Below are positions 1 to 9,004 of a stretch of DNA of 64,000 bases, piece by piece (the stretch's first letter is position 1; each line of letters starts with the position of its first letter). The position numbers and the translations under genes were made by a program. Source of the DNA: Escherichia coli 042 (lineage in GTDB: Bacteria; Pseudomonadota; Gammaproteobacteria; Enterobacterales; Enterobacteriaceae); NCBI RefSeq assembly GCF_000027125.1, contig NC_017626.1, one strand, 5' to 3'. Under the pieces are notes generated by a model that was not told the DNA's origin, searched no databases, and saw only the letters and a program-made list of their open reading frames with translations.

Positions 1-1
1 G

Positions 2-103
2 CAGCAATTGCAGCAGACTGTGATGACTCACGGCTGGATTTACACCGACGCCCAGCTGTTACGCGATGATATTCAAACACTTTTCACGGCAGAACGATAT
101 TGA
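2..103 (+). CDS. crfC: 3' end of dynamin-like CrfC/YjdA (partial, enters from window edge)
   Basis: Frame 2 is open from the window edge and ends ...RDDIQTLFTAERY* (TGA 101-103), overlapping the TTG start of yjcZ. The assignment rests on the remembered K-12 order crfC(yjdA)-yjcZ-proP, not on alignment. Confidence 0.5.
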   Translation, partial: QQLQQTVMTHGWIYTDAQLLRDDIQTLFTAERY

Positions 104-978
104 CCAAGACGTTACTTGACGGCCCCGGTCGCGTGCTGGAGTCGGTTTATTCCCGCTTTTTAGTGGATTTGGCGCAGGGCGATGATGCCCGCCTTCCACA
201 AGCCCATCAGCAGCAGTTTCGTGAACGACTGATGCAGGAACTTCTTGCGCGCGTGCAGCTTCAGGCATGGACGAACGGCGGCATGTTAAATGCGCCGCTT
301 AGCCTGCGTCTGACATTGGTGGAAAAACTGGCGTCGATGCTGGATCCCGGTCATCTGGCGCTGACGCAGATCGCGCAGCATCTGGCGCTGCTGCAAAAAA
401 TGGATCACCGCCAGCACTCTGCTTTCCCGGAGCTCCCCCAGCAAATTGCCGCCTTGTATGAGTGGTTTTCAGCCCGTTGTCGCTGGAAGGAAAAGGCGTT
501 AACGCAACGAGGCCTACTGGTGCAGGCAGGTGAACAGAGCGAGCAAATTTTTACCCGCTGGCGTGCTGGGGCGTATAACGCCTGGTCGTTGCCTGGGCGC
601 TGTTTTATCGTTCTGGAGGAGTTACGCTGGGGGGCATTTGGCGATGCCTGCCGTCTGGGAAACCCGCAAGCGGTGGCGTTGTTGCTGGGTGATTTGCGCG
701 AGAAAGCGACACAACATCTGGCAGAGAGTATCAATGCGGCACCGACCACGCGTCACTATTACCATCAGTGGTTTGCCTCTTCGACCGTTCCGACGGGCGG
801 GGAGCATGCTGATTTTTTAAGTTGGCTGGGAAAGTGGACCACGGCAGATAAACAACCCGTTTGCTGGTCAGTGACCCAACGTTGGCAAACTGTCGCGCTG
901 GGGATGCCACGACTCTGTTCAGCGCAGCGTTTGGTGGGGGCAATGGTCGAGGAAATCTTCTCTGTAAATTTGGCGTAA
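100..978 (+). CDS. yjcZ: YjcZ, conserved protein of unknown function
   Basis: 292-aa ORF (MTKTLLDGPGRVLESVY...). Length and position directly upstream of proP match K-12 YjcZ. TTG start. Confidence 0.85.
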   Translation: MTKTLLDGPGRVLESVYSRFLVDLAQGDDARLPQAHQQQFRERLMQELLARVQLQAWTNGGMLNAPLSLRLTLVEKLASMLDPGHLALTQIAQHLALLQKMDHRQHSAFPELPQQIAALYEWFSARCRWKEKALTQRGLLVQAGEQSEQIFTRWRAGAYNAWSLPGRCFIVLEELRWGAFGDACRLGNPQAVALLLGDLREKATQHLAESINAAPTTRHYYHQWFASSTVPTGGEHADFLSWLGKWTTADKQPVCWSVTQRWQTVALGMPRLCSAQRLVGAMVEEIFSVNLA

Positions 979-1241
979 ATAATCAGTTACATCAATGAGT
1001 CCTAAACGAAATCCATATGTGAAGTTGATCACAAATTTAAACACTGGTAGGGTAAAAAGGTCATTAACTGCCCAATTCAGGCGTCAACTGGTTTGATTGT
1101 ACATTCCTTAACCGGAGGGTGTAAGCAAACCCGCTACGCTTGTTACAGAGATTGCATCCTGCAATTCCCGCTCCCCTTTTGCGGCCGTCGCGCTGATTTT
1201 TCTGGCGTTTGCGGAAATGGGCCAACTCTGCGAGGAAAGCT

Positions 1242-2744
1242 ATGCTGAAAAGGAAAAAAGTAAAACCAATTACCCTTCGTGATGTCACCATTATTGATGA
1301 CGGTAAACTGCGTAAAGCCATTACCGCAGCATCACTGGGTAATGCAATGGAATGGTTTGATTTTGGTGTTTATGGTTTTGTTGCTTACGCATTAGGTAAA
1401 GTTTTTTTCCCGGGGGCTGACCCCAGCGTGCAGATGGTTGCTGCACTTGCCACTTTCTCCGTTCCCTTTCTGATTCGACCGCTTGGCGGACTCTTCTTTG
1501 GTATGTTGGGCGATAAATATGGTCGCCAGAAGATCCTCGCTATCACTATTGTGATTATGTCGATCAGTACGTTCTGTATTGGCTTAATACCGTCCTACGA
1601 CACGATTGGTATTTGGGCACCGATTCTGCTGTTGATCTGTAAGATGGCACAAGGTTTCTCGGTCGGCGGTGAATATACCGGGGCGTCGATATTTGTTGCG
1701 GAATACTCCCCTGACCGTAAACGTGGATTTATGGGCAGCTGGCTGGACTTCGGTTCTATTGCCGGGTTTGTGCTGGGTGCGGGCGTGGTGGTGTTAATTT
1801 CGACCATTGTCGGCGAAGCGAACTTCCTCGACTGGGGCTGGCGTATTCCGTTCTTTATTGCTCTGCCGTTAGGGATTATCGGGCTTTACCTGCGCCATGC
1901 GCTGGAAGAGACCCCGGCGTTCCAGCAGCATGTTGATAAACTGGAGCAGGGCGACCGCGAAGGTTTGCAGGATGGCCCGAAAGTCTCGTTTAAAGAGATT
2001 GCCACCAAACACTGGCGCAGCCTGTTGACATGTATTGGTCTGGTAATTGCCACCAACGTGACTTACTACATGTTGCTGACCTATATGCCGAGTTATTTGT
2101 CGCATAACCTGCATTACTCCGAAGACCACGGGGTGCTGATTATTATCGCCATTATGATCGGTATGCTGTTTGTCCAGCCGGTGATGGGCTTGCTGAGTGA
2201 CCGTTTTGGCCGTCGTCCGTTTGTGCTGCTTGGTAGTGTTGCACTGTTTGTGTTGGCGATCCCGGCGTTTATTCTGATTAACAGTAACGTCATCGGCCTG
2301 ATTTTTGCCGGGTTACTGATGCTGGCGGTGATCCTTAACTGCTTTACGGGCGTTATGGCTTCTACCTTGCCAGCGATGTTCCCGACGCATATCCGATACA
2401 GCGCGCTGGCGGCGGCATTTAATATTTCGGTGCTGGTTGCCGGTCTGACGCCAACACTGGCGGCCTGGCTGGTCGAAAGCTCGCAGAATCTGATGATGCC
2501 TGCCTATTACCTGATGGTAGTGGCGGTGGTTGGTTTAATCACCGGCGTAACCATGAAAGAGACGGCAAATCGTCCGTTGAAAGGTGCGACACCGGCGGCG
2601 TCAGATATACAGGAAGCGAAGGAAATTCTCGTCGAGCATTACGATAATATCGAGCAGAAAATCGATGATATTGACCACGAGATTGCCGATTTGCAGGCGA
2701 AACGTACTCGCCTGGTGCAGCAACATCCGCGAATTGATGAATAA
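1242..2744 (+). CDS. proP: ProP osmosensing proline/glycine betaine:H+ symporter (MFS)
   Basis: ORF 1209-2744. The K-12 ProP N-terminus MLKRKKVKPITLRDVTIIDDGKL corresponds to the ATG at 1242, giving 500 aa. Twelve-TM MFS pattern plus the C-terminal coiled coil ...DHEIADLQAKRTRLVQQHPRIDE. Confidence 0.97.
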   Translation: MLKRKKVKPITLRDVTIIDDGKLRKAITAASLGNAMEWFDFGVYGFVAYALGKVFFPGADPSVQMVAALATFSVPFLIRPLGGLFFGMLGDKYGRQKILAITIVIMSISTFCIGLIPSYDTIGIWAPILLLICKMAQGFSVGGEYTGASIFVAEYSPDRKRGFMGSWLDFGSIAGFVLGAGVVVLISTIVGEANFLDWGWRIPFFIALPLGIIGLYLRHALEETPAFQQHVDKLEQGDREGLQDGPKVSFKEIATKHWRSLLTCIGLVIATNVTYYMLLTYMPSYLSHNLHYSEDHGVLIIIAIMIGMLFVQPVMGLLSDRFGRRPFVLLGSVALFVLAIPAFILINSNVIGLIFAGLLMLAVILNCFTGVMASTLPAMFPTHIRYSALAAAFNISVLVAGLTPTLAAWLVESSQNLMMPAYYLMVVAVVGLITGVTMKETANRPLKGATPAASDIQEAKEILVEHYDNIEQKIDDIDHEIADLQAKRTRLVQQHPRIDE

Positions 2745-2756
2745 GCTGAAACGGAT

Positions 2757-2785
2757 GGCCTGATGTGACGCTGTCTTATCAGGCC
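2757..2785. repeat. REP-like palindromic element downstream of proP
   Basis: ggcctgatgtgacgctgtcttatcaggcc has the GCCTGATG...CTTATCAGGCC arms typical of E. coli REP units. It starts 13 nt after the proP stop. Confidence 0.5.
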
Positions 2786-2794
2786 AATTGAAGT

Positions 2795-2811
2795 CTTAAG
2801 GTTCACTTAAT
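2795..2811 (+). promoter_or_regulatory. BasR/PmrA box upstream of pmrR
   Basis: cttaag-gttca-cttaat fits the YTTAAK-N5-YTTAAK direct-repeat consensus for PmrA/BasR. It lies about 45 nt upstream of the pmrR ATG. Confidence 0.6.
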
Positions 2812-2855
2812 CTCTGACGCGCATACTCTCCTCCAGGTTAACGGAGGAGAGTGCA

Positions 2856-2945
2856 ATGAAAAACCGTGTTTATGAAAGTTTAACTACCGTGTTCAGCGTG
2901 CTGGTGGTCAGCAGCTTTCTTTATATCTGGTTTGCCACGTACTGA
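2856..2945 (+). CDS. pmrR: PmrR small membrane peptide (29 aa)
   Basis: ATG 2856 preceded by the SD GGAGGAG. It encodes MKNRVYESLTTVFSVLVVSSFLYIWFATY*, a single TM helix. Below the 60-aa cutoff of the ORF track. Its 3' end overlaps the convergent basS by 25 nt. Confidence 0.8.
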   Translation: MKNRVYESLTTVFSVLVVSSFLYIWFATY

Positions 2946-4012
2946 TCTTTCTTCAGCCGTACCCAGGCCCGCGTGCCGGAAGTCTCTTGCCGGTTTTGCA
3001 GGAAAAACTGCCCGTGATGCAACTGTGTAATGCGGCTGACAATACTTAACCCCAGACCAATCCCGCCATAACGGCTGTCCATACGTACAAACGCTTTACT
3101 CAACTCCCCGCATTTACTCTCATCAATACCCGGTCCTTCATCTTCAACGGCCATGACCGCTCCGCCATCTTCTTGCAGCTTAATCATAATGTTGCTGCCT
3201 TGCGGGCTGTAACGATGGGCGTTTTCTACCAGGTTTCGCAATAACATCCGCAGCAGGGTTGCATCACCTTGAACGGTGATGTCGGCGGCGCTCTCTGGCA
3301 ATAGCAGGGTTTGCTGTCGCTGGTCGAGCATGGTACTGAGTTCGTCATACGAGGGGAGAATGACATCTTCCAGCAGTTTTACATGTTGATAATTACCGGA
3401 AGAAAATGACTGTCCGGCACGCGCCAGTTGCAGCAGCTGGGAGACACTCTCCATCATCTGATCAAGCCGTGCCACTAACGGTGCTACATCAATGTGATGC
3501 GTTTTCGCCAGCAGTTCCAGATGCAAACGCACCCCCGCCAGTGGCGTTCGCAGTTCGTGCGCGACGTCAGCGGTAAACAACCTTTCGTTATCCAGCGTGC
3601 TGGTCAGGCGACTGACCAGATCGTTCAACGCCGAAACCACCGCTTCGATTTCGAGGGTGGCGCTGTGAATGGCAATAGGCGTTAAGTTGTCGGCGGTGCG
3701 CGCTTCCAGCTCTTTTTGCAGCTCCGCCAGCGGCCGGGTGATGCGGCGTACCGCCTGATAGCAGATAAATAGCGTCAGGCTGACCATAAAGACGCCGGGG
3801 ACGATCAGGCTGGCGACCGCCTCGCGGATCTCACGCATGATGTGGCGATCGTTGTTGCGATTGTCGCGTAGCGCCTGCTCAAACAGCTGAATCTGCTCGG
3901 TACTTTCATGCCATAGCCAGAAGACGCTGATCAGCTCAAACACCAACAAAATGGCCCCAATGGTCAATATCAGCCGTTGGCGCAGCGATATTGGTCGGCG
4001 CAGAAAACGCAT
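2921..4012 (-). CDS. basS: BasS/PmrB sensor histidine kinase
   Basis: ORF 2921-4021. The ATG at 4012 gives the 363-aa protein M(R)FLRRPISLRQRLILTIG..., with H-box ADVAHELRTPL and ATPase G-boxes. It sits immediately downstream of basR. Confidence 0.95.
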   Translation of the reverse strand: MRFLRRPISLRQRLILTIGAILLVFELISVFWLWHESTEQIQLFEQALRDNRNNDRHIMREIREAVASLIVPGVFMVSLTLFICYQAVRRITRPLAELQKELEARTADNLTPIAIHSATLEIEAVVSALNDLVSRLTSTLDNERLFTADVAHELRTPLAGVRLHLELLAKTHHIDVAPLVARLDQMMESVSQLLQLARAGQSFSSGNYQHVKLLEDVILPSYDELSTMLDQRQQTLLLPESAADITVQGDATLLRMLLRNLVENAHRYSPQGSNIMIKLQEDGGAVMAVEDEGPGIDESKCGELSKAFVRMDSRYGGIGLGLSIVSRITQLHHGQFFLQNRQETSGTRAWVRLKKDQYVANQI

Positions 4013-4021
4013 CAGATTCAA

Positions 4022-4690
4022 TTAGTTTTCCTCATTCGCGACCAGCATATAGCCAAATCCGCGCACGGTGCGGATACGGGCTTTGCCCACTTTGTCGCGC
4101 AGATTGTGGATATGCACTTCCAGGGTGTTGGTCGAGGGTTCATTGTCCCAGTTATAGATGTCGTTGTAGAGAATTTCCCGATGCACCGGGCTGCCTGCTT
4201 TAAGCATCAGGCGCGACAGCAGAGCATATTCTTTGGGCGTCAGAATCAGTTCTTCTCCGCTCATCCATACCTGGCGGCGACCCATATTCAGCGTCAGATT
4301 GCCAACAATCAGCTCACTTTCGCCCTGATTATTATGGCGTCGTAGCAGGGCGCGGATACGGGCGTGTAACTCTTCCAGCGCAAAAGGCTTCACCAGATAG
4401 TCATCGGCACCGACATCCAGCCCGGCGATTTTGTCGGTCAGCGTATCGCGAGCGGTGAGGATCAGTACCGGCAGGGTGTATTTTTTCTGCCGGATACGGG
4501 CGAGAAAATGCAGTCCATCTTCGTCGGGTAACCCTAAATCCAGTACCACCAGGCTGTAATGACCGGCCTCAAGGCTTTGTTCCGCCATCCGCGCGGTTGT
4601 CACGCCATCGCACGCGTAGCCTTCGGTTTGCGCCGCCAGAATCAATCCCTGCAATAACAGCGTATCGTCTTCAACAATCAGAATTTTCAT
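4022..4690 (-). CDS. basR: BasR/PmrA OmpR-family response regulator
   Basis: 222 aa, [16 protein letters not shown]..., receiver domain plus winged-helix domain. Its start overlaps the eptA stop (ATGA). Confidence 0.97.
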   Translation of the reverse strand: MKILIVEDDTLLLQGLILAAQTEGYACDGVTTARMAEQSLEAGHYSLVVLDLGLPDEDGLHFLARIRQKKYTLPVLILTARDTLTDKIAGLDVGADDYLVKPFALEELHARIRALLRRHNNQGESELIVGNLTLNMGRRQVWMSGEELILTPKEYALLSRLMLKAGSPVHREILYNDIYNWDNEPSTNTLEVHIHNLRDKVGKARIRTVRGFGYMLVANEEN

Positions 4691-6330
4691 TCACTCACTC
4701 TCCTGCAAGTTTGCAGAATATCATCCGCAGCCTGGTAATACTTCGTCTCAACGCCAGTTAATCCCAATAGCGTGGAGAATAAATTATCTTGTGAATAGTG
4801 TTGCGTTTGCGCCTGTTTTTGCAGGCAGTTCTGGTCAACCTGATACCGTTTTTGATAATCCTCCGACAGCCACAGCAGCATCGGCACCTGTTTTTGGCTA
4901 TCCGGGGCGATGGCATAAGGCAGACCGTGCAGATAGATGCCATTTTCACCTAACGACTCACCGTGGTCAGAAAGATAAACCAGGCTGGTGGTGAATTTAT
5001 CCTGATGTTCTTTCAGCAGATTAATCGCTTTATCAACAATATAGTCGACGTAAACCAGCGTGTTGTCGTAAGTGTTCACCAGTTGCTCTTTGGTACAGGT
5101 CTGGATCTCGTTAGTGTCGCAGGTTGGGGTAAATTTCCTGAACTGCGGCGGATAGCGGTTGTAATAGGTCGGACCGTGGCTGCCGATGGTGTGTAAGACA
5201 ATCACGCCATCACCCTGCAGGTTATTGATGTACTCTTCCAGCCCGTGGAACAGCACTTCGTCATAGCATTCGCCGTTGATGCACTGACCAGGCAGATTCA
5301 GCGCGGTGACGTTCTGGTGAGGCACGCGGTCGCAGGCACCTTTACAGCCGCCATCGTTGTCATTCCACAGCACGTTGATGCCCGCTCGCTGAATGATATC
5401 CAGCACGCCTTCCTGGTGCTGTGCCAGCTCTTCTTTGTAGTGCTCACGCGGCATATCCGAGAACATGCACGGTACTGAAACTGCCGTTGCCGTGCCGCAA
5501 GATGCGGTATTAGGGAAATAGACCACGTTATCTTTTGCCAGCCGCGGGTTAGTTTCACGCGGATAGCCATTGAGGGAGAAGTTCTCCGCCCGCGAGGTTT
5601 CGCCGACAATCAGGATGGTCAAATTTTTACGTTTCTCTTTCTGCATTAATGGGTTGCGGTGCGCGTCTTCACCAATTCGCACCAGCGGCAGATTTGCCAG
5701 TCGCTGATGGGAGTACCATGACCAGCTGGCAACAATGCTGTTAGAGGGGCTTAAGGATTTCACCAGCTCTTTGTTGTTGCGGAACAATGAGGCGTAGTCT
5801 TTATAAAACAGTGCGGCGACCAGCAAAATCAGCAGTACAGACACCAGAATATTGGCTCCACGGAAAAGAACACTGCGCAGGCGCGAGGTGGCAGGTTTGA
5901 TTTTAATCCAGCAGGCAATCAGCGCAGCAAGCACGCCGCTGAATCCCAGCGTTAATAACATTTGCGGCGTCATCAACGCATAACTTTCTGCCGGAGTGGT
6001 ATCAATAATATTGGCAATCATCGAGCGGTCGATGACGATGCCGTAAGTCATTATGAAATATTGTGCAGCCGCGCCGACCAGAATAAACAGGCAGGCCAGC
6101 GGTCGATTAAGCCATAAGAAAGAGCTTAGTGTCAGGACAATATTAATCACGCTGAAGGCGACGACTGGCATCGACAAGAAAACCAGTACGTTATGCAGCG
6201 AGTCCAGCGGCAGCGCCTGCAACACCTGTTTAAAAAAGGCAATATTCAGGCAGATAGAGATATAAAAAGCGGCCAACAATAGCCAGGCGAGTAAATTCAA
6301 AGAGGGTCTTTTTAGTAGGCGCTTCAACAT
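4687..6330 (-). CDS. eptA: EptA/PmrC lipid A phosphoethanolamine transferase
   Basis: ORF 4687-6375. The K-12 N-terminus [18 protein letters not shown]... corresponds to the ATG at 6330 (547 aa). N-terminal TM bundle plus sulfatase-type periplasmic domain. Confidence 0.95.
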   Translation of the reverse strand: MLKRLLKRPSLNLLAWLLLAAFYISICLNIAFFKQVLQALPLDSLHNVLVFLSMPVVAFSVINIVLTLSSFLWLNRPLACLFILVGAAAQYFIMTYGIVIDRSMIANIIDTTPAESYALMTPQMLLTLGFSGVLAALIACWIKIKPATSRLRSVLFRGANILVSVLLILLVAALFYKDYASLFRNNKELVKSLSPSNSIVASWSWYSHQRLANLPLVRIGEDAHRNPLMQKEKRKNLTILIVGETSRAENFSLNGYPRETNPRLAKDNVVYFPNTASCGTATAVSVPCMFSDMPREHYKEELAQHQEGVLDIIQRAGINVLWNDNDGGCKGACDRVPHQNVTALNLPGQCINGECYDEVLFHGLEEYINNLQGDGVIVLHTIGSHGPTYYNRYPPQFRKFTPTCDTNEIQTCTKEQLVNTYDNTLVYVDYIVDKAINLLKEHQDKFTTSLVYLSDHGESLGENGIYLHGLPYAIAPDSQKQVPMLLWLSEDYQKRYQVDQNCLQKQAQTQHYSQDNLFSTLLGLTGVETKYYQAADDILQTCRRVSE

Positions 6331-6376
6331 CACGGTGTTTCCATCGAACAAAGTGCGCATATGCTCGCAAAGCAAA

Positions 6377-6393
6377 ATTAAGCCAACCTTAAG
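6377..6393 (-). promoter_or_regulatory. BasR/PmrA box of the eptA-basRS promoter
   Basis: The minus strand reads cttaag-gttgg-cttaat (YTTAAK-N5-YTTAAK), about 47 nt upstream of the eptA ATG. It is embedded in the palindrome listed next. Confidence 0.55.
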
Positions 6394-6409
6394 TTCTTAA
6401 GGTTGGCTT
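6380..6409. terminator. Palindromic hairpin between adiC 3' end and eptA promoter (probable adiC terminator)
   Basis: aagccaaccttaag-ttc-ttaaggttggctt has a 13-14 bp stem with T/A runs on both sides. It lies 25 nt downstream of the adiC stop. Confidence 0.5.
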
Positions 6410-6433
6410 TTATGTTTGCTGGATTAAGGGGAA

Positions 6434-7771
6434 TTAATCTTTGCTTATTGGTGCATCTAAGGGATACGGGTTTTTATGCAGCCGGTTGTAATTCAGCGCA
6501 TACATGGCGGTGATGACCATCAGGGTGACAAATGACCACATAACCTCTTTCGCCCCGGACCCCACCACGGCCCAGATGCAGTAGAGGAAGGCAATGGTAG
6601 TAACTGCCAGATATACCGGGCGTGCTTTACCAAAGTGGCCGTGGCCGAGCAGCAGTAACGCCGCACAGGTGTAAAGATATGGCACCAGTGTAAAGATGAC
6701 CGAGACGGAAGAAACCAGACCGAACTCTTTGGTCGCGTTTGGTGAAATGCTGCTGAGCTGGAAGATGGTCATCAAAATACCGACGATAATCAGCCCCGCC
6801 ACTGGCGTACCCGCTTTATTAACACGGGCAAAAATCGGTGGGAACAGTCCGTCATCGGCAGCGGCTTTCGCCGTTTGACCCGCCAGCAACGTCCAGCCGC
6901 CCAGTGAACCTAAGCAACCCGCAGCTGCGCAGAAGGAAACAATGGCCCCGGCGGTGTCACCCAACGCCATCCGTGCGGCATCACCGAATGGCGAGGCAGA
7001 AACGCGCAGTGCGGCATTAGGGATCATCCCCATAATCGCGGTGGTGGAGAGTACATAGCAAACGGCGGCAATCAATACCCCACCAATGGTGGCGATAGGG
7101 ACGTTGCGTTTCGGGTTTTTCACCACACCTGCGGCAACGGAGGCACTTTCCACACCGATGAACGACCACAGCGTAACGTTAAGGGTACTTTGAATTGCAC
7201 CGAAGGTGCCCAGGCCGCTGACGTTCCATGCCGCCATATAGGTTTCACCACGGAACCAGAACCAGCCAAATACGGCAATCCCGACGATGGGGATCAGCGC
7301 CAGCACGGTGGCAACGGCCTGCACGCGGGTGATCATTTTCGGACCGACAATATTCAGCAGGACGAAGATCCACAGCACCACGACGCAGGTGATGGTTAAT
7401 ACCAATGGATCTTTCAGAATCGGGAAGAAGTAACTTAAATAACCTACGCCAATGACCACCATGGCGATATTGCCGATCCAGCAGGCCAGCCAGTAGAGGA
7501 CGTTGGTTTGATAACCGAGAAACGGCCCAAAGCAGCGACGGGCGTAAGCGTAAGAACCACCAGGACTTGGGTCGAGGAACGACATTTTGGCGTATACCAT
7601 CGAGAGCCCCAGCGCACCGATAATCGTCACCAACCATCCATAAATGGCAATCCCGCCAGTGGAGGCCAGGTTTGCAGGTAACAGAAAAACACCTGACCCC
7701 ATAATATTCCCCGACACCATCAGGGTGACGGGGATTAAGCCCACTTTGTGAGCATCAGCATCCGAAGACAT
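6434..7771 (-). CDS. adiC: AdiC arginine:agmatine antiporter (APC family)
   Basis: 445 aa, [36 protein letters not shown]...; paralogous to CadB in this window. Confidence 0.97.
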   Translation of the reverse strand: MSSDADAHKVGLIPVTLMVSGNIMGSGVFLLPANLASTGGIAIYGWLVTIIGALGLSMVYAKMSFLDPSPGGSYAYARRCFGPFLGYQTNVLYWLACWIGNIAMVVIGVGYLSYFFPILKDPLVLTITCVVVLWIFVLLNIVGPKMITRVQAVATVLALIPIVGIAVFGWFWFRGETYMAAWNVSGLGTFGAIQSTLNVTLWSFIGVESASVAAGVVKNPKRNVPIATIGGVLIAAVCYVLSTTAIMGMIPNAALRVSASPFGDAARMALGDTAGAIVSFCAAAGCLGSLGGWTLLAGQTAKAAADDGLFPPIFARVNKAGTPVAGLIIVGILMTIFQLSSISPNATKEFGLVSSVSVIFTLVPYLYTCAALLLLGHGHFGKARPVYLAVTTIAFLYCIWAVVGSGAKEVMWSFVTLMVITAMYALNYNRLHKNPYPLDAPISKD

Positions 7772-7907
7772 AATTAAACTCCTGCGAAGGCGAGCTTCGT
7801 GACAATAAATTACGTCATATCATACGCCTGCATTCGATAGTTGAATTATTATCGACCGGGTTATCGCTGATGCCGTTATTAATATAGCTCTTCGTTAAGG
7901 TTAAAAA

Positions 7908-8669
7908 TCAGGCGACAGTGCGTTCTCTGTGCTGACTAACATAATGCAGAGGCGTCATACCGTAGAAGTCTTTAAAGACAGAAATAAAGTACGACGTACT
8001 GTTGTAGCCGCAGGATTGTGATACCTGAGAGATATTTTTACCGTCCATCATTAATTCATTGACGGCATAACGCATGCGGCAGGTGGTGATTATTTGGCTA
8101 TAACTGGTGTTTTCGCTTTTCAGCTTTTTCTTTAACAGACTCGGGCTAAGACATAAACAACCGGCTACCATACTAAGATTCCAGTCTTTGTGGATATCGC
8201 TTTCAATAATTTGATAAACGCTGTCACTTACACAATTACGTAACATATACATCATTAATGAAAGGAATTTTTTACTGTCGAGAAAACGGGATAGCACAGT
8301 GAATAATAATGCACGTGTTCGTTCCTTTTCTGACTCAGTTTCAGCGGGCATCATGCTATGTTGCGCGGCAACGCGAAAGACGTCTGGCGTCAGGCATGGC
8401 AGGGTGAGGATGGGCGTAGCGCTACGTTGCCATACTGGTATTTGCGAGAGATCTTTATTCAGAAACCGGAGGTAATCTTTGATGATGTCGTGACTAATAT
8501 GAGCAACCAAAGTGTTATTAAGAGAGGAGACGTCGATAATATTATTTTCACAATTTAATAACGCCATATGGTTAGCTTTAAGGCTAATAGGTTCTTTCCC
8601 ATTCACCCTTATCCAGACATCTTTTTCAGTCAATAAAACAATACAAGGTTGGTCGCTGCAAATCCTCAT
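7908..8669 (-). CDS. adiY: AdiY AraC-family activator of the adi system
   Basis: 253 aa with a C-terminal AraC HTH (...SQVSQSCGYNSTSYFISVFKDFYGMTPLHY...), located between adiA and adiC as in K-12. Confidence 0.95.
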   Translation of the reverse strand: MRICSDQPCIVLLTEKDVWIRVNGKEPISLKANHMALLNCENNIIDVSSLNNTLVAHISHDIIKDYLRFLNKDLSQIPVWQRSATPILTLPCLTPDVFRVAAQHSMMPAETESEKERTRALLFTVLSRFLDSKKFLSLMMYMLRNCVSDSVYQIIESDIHKDWNLSMVAGCLCLSPSLLKKKLKSENTSYSQIITTCRMRYAVNELMMDGKNISQVSQSCGYNSTSYFISVFKDFYGMTPLHYVSQHRERTVA

Positions 8670-8860
8670 ACATGTACTCCTGAGTGCGAATAAAAGACCA
8701 GTTCTCGCTAAAGCGAAGCGATACCGGGAAATGGTTATATAATTGTATGATGAATATAAACATGCATAAAAATAACGAGTTTTACTAATATTACAAATTT
8801 TTATAGTAATTTCTCATGTACATATTTTTTTACAGGCTAAAAAAAGGATAAATAACAGGC

Positions 8861-8887
8861 AAAAAAAAGCGCGGGGTGGGACCGCGC
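8861..8887 (-). terminator. Rho-independent terminator downstream of adiA
   Basis: The minus strand reads gcgcggtcccaccccgcgc followed by an 8-T run. Confidence 0.6.
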
Positions 8888-9004
8888 AAAAAGCATGACA
8901 TTTTTTGTTTGCAGCAATTTTTATGAAAACGTTGCCATACTTAAAAGGCCTCAAGCCAGGCGGCGTAATGTTATTTAACAATTACGCCTTCAGCGGAATA
9001 GTGG

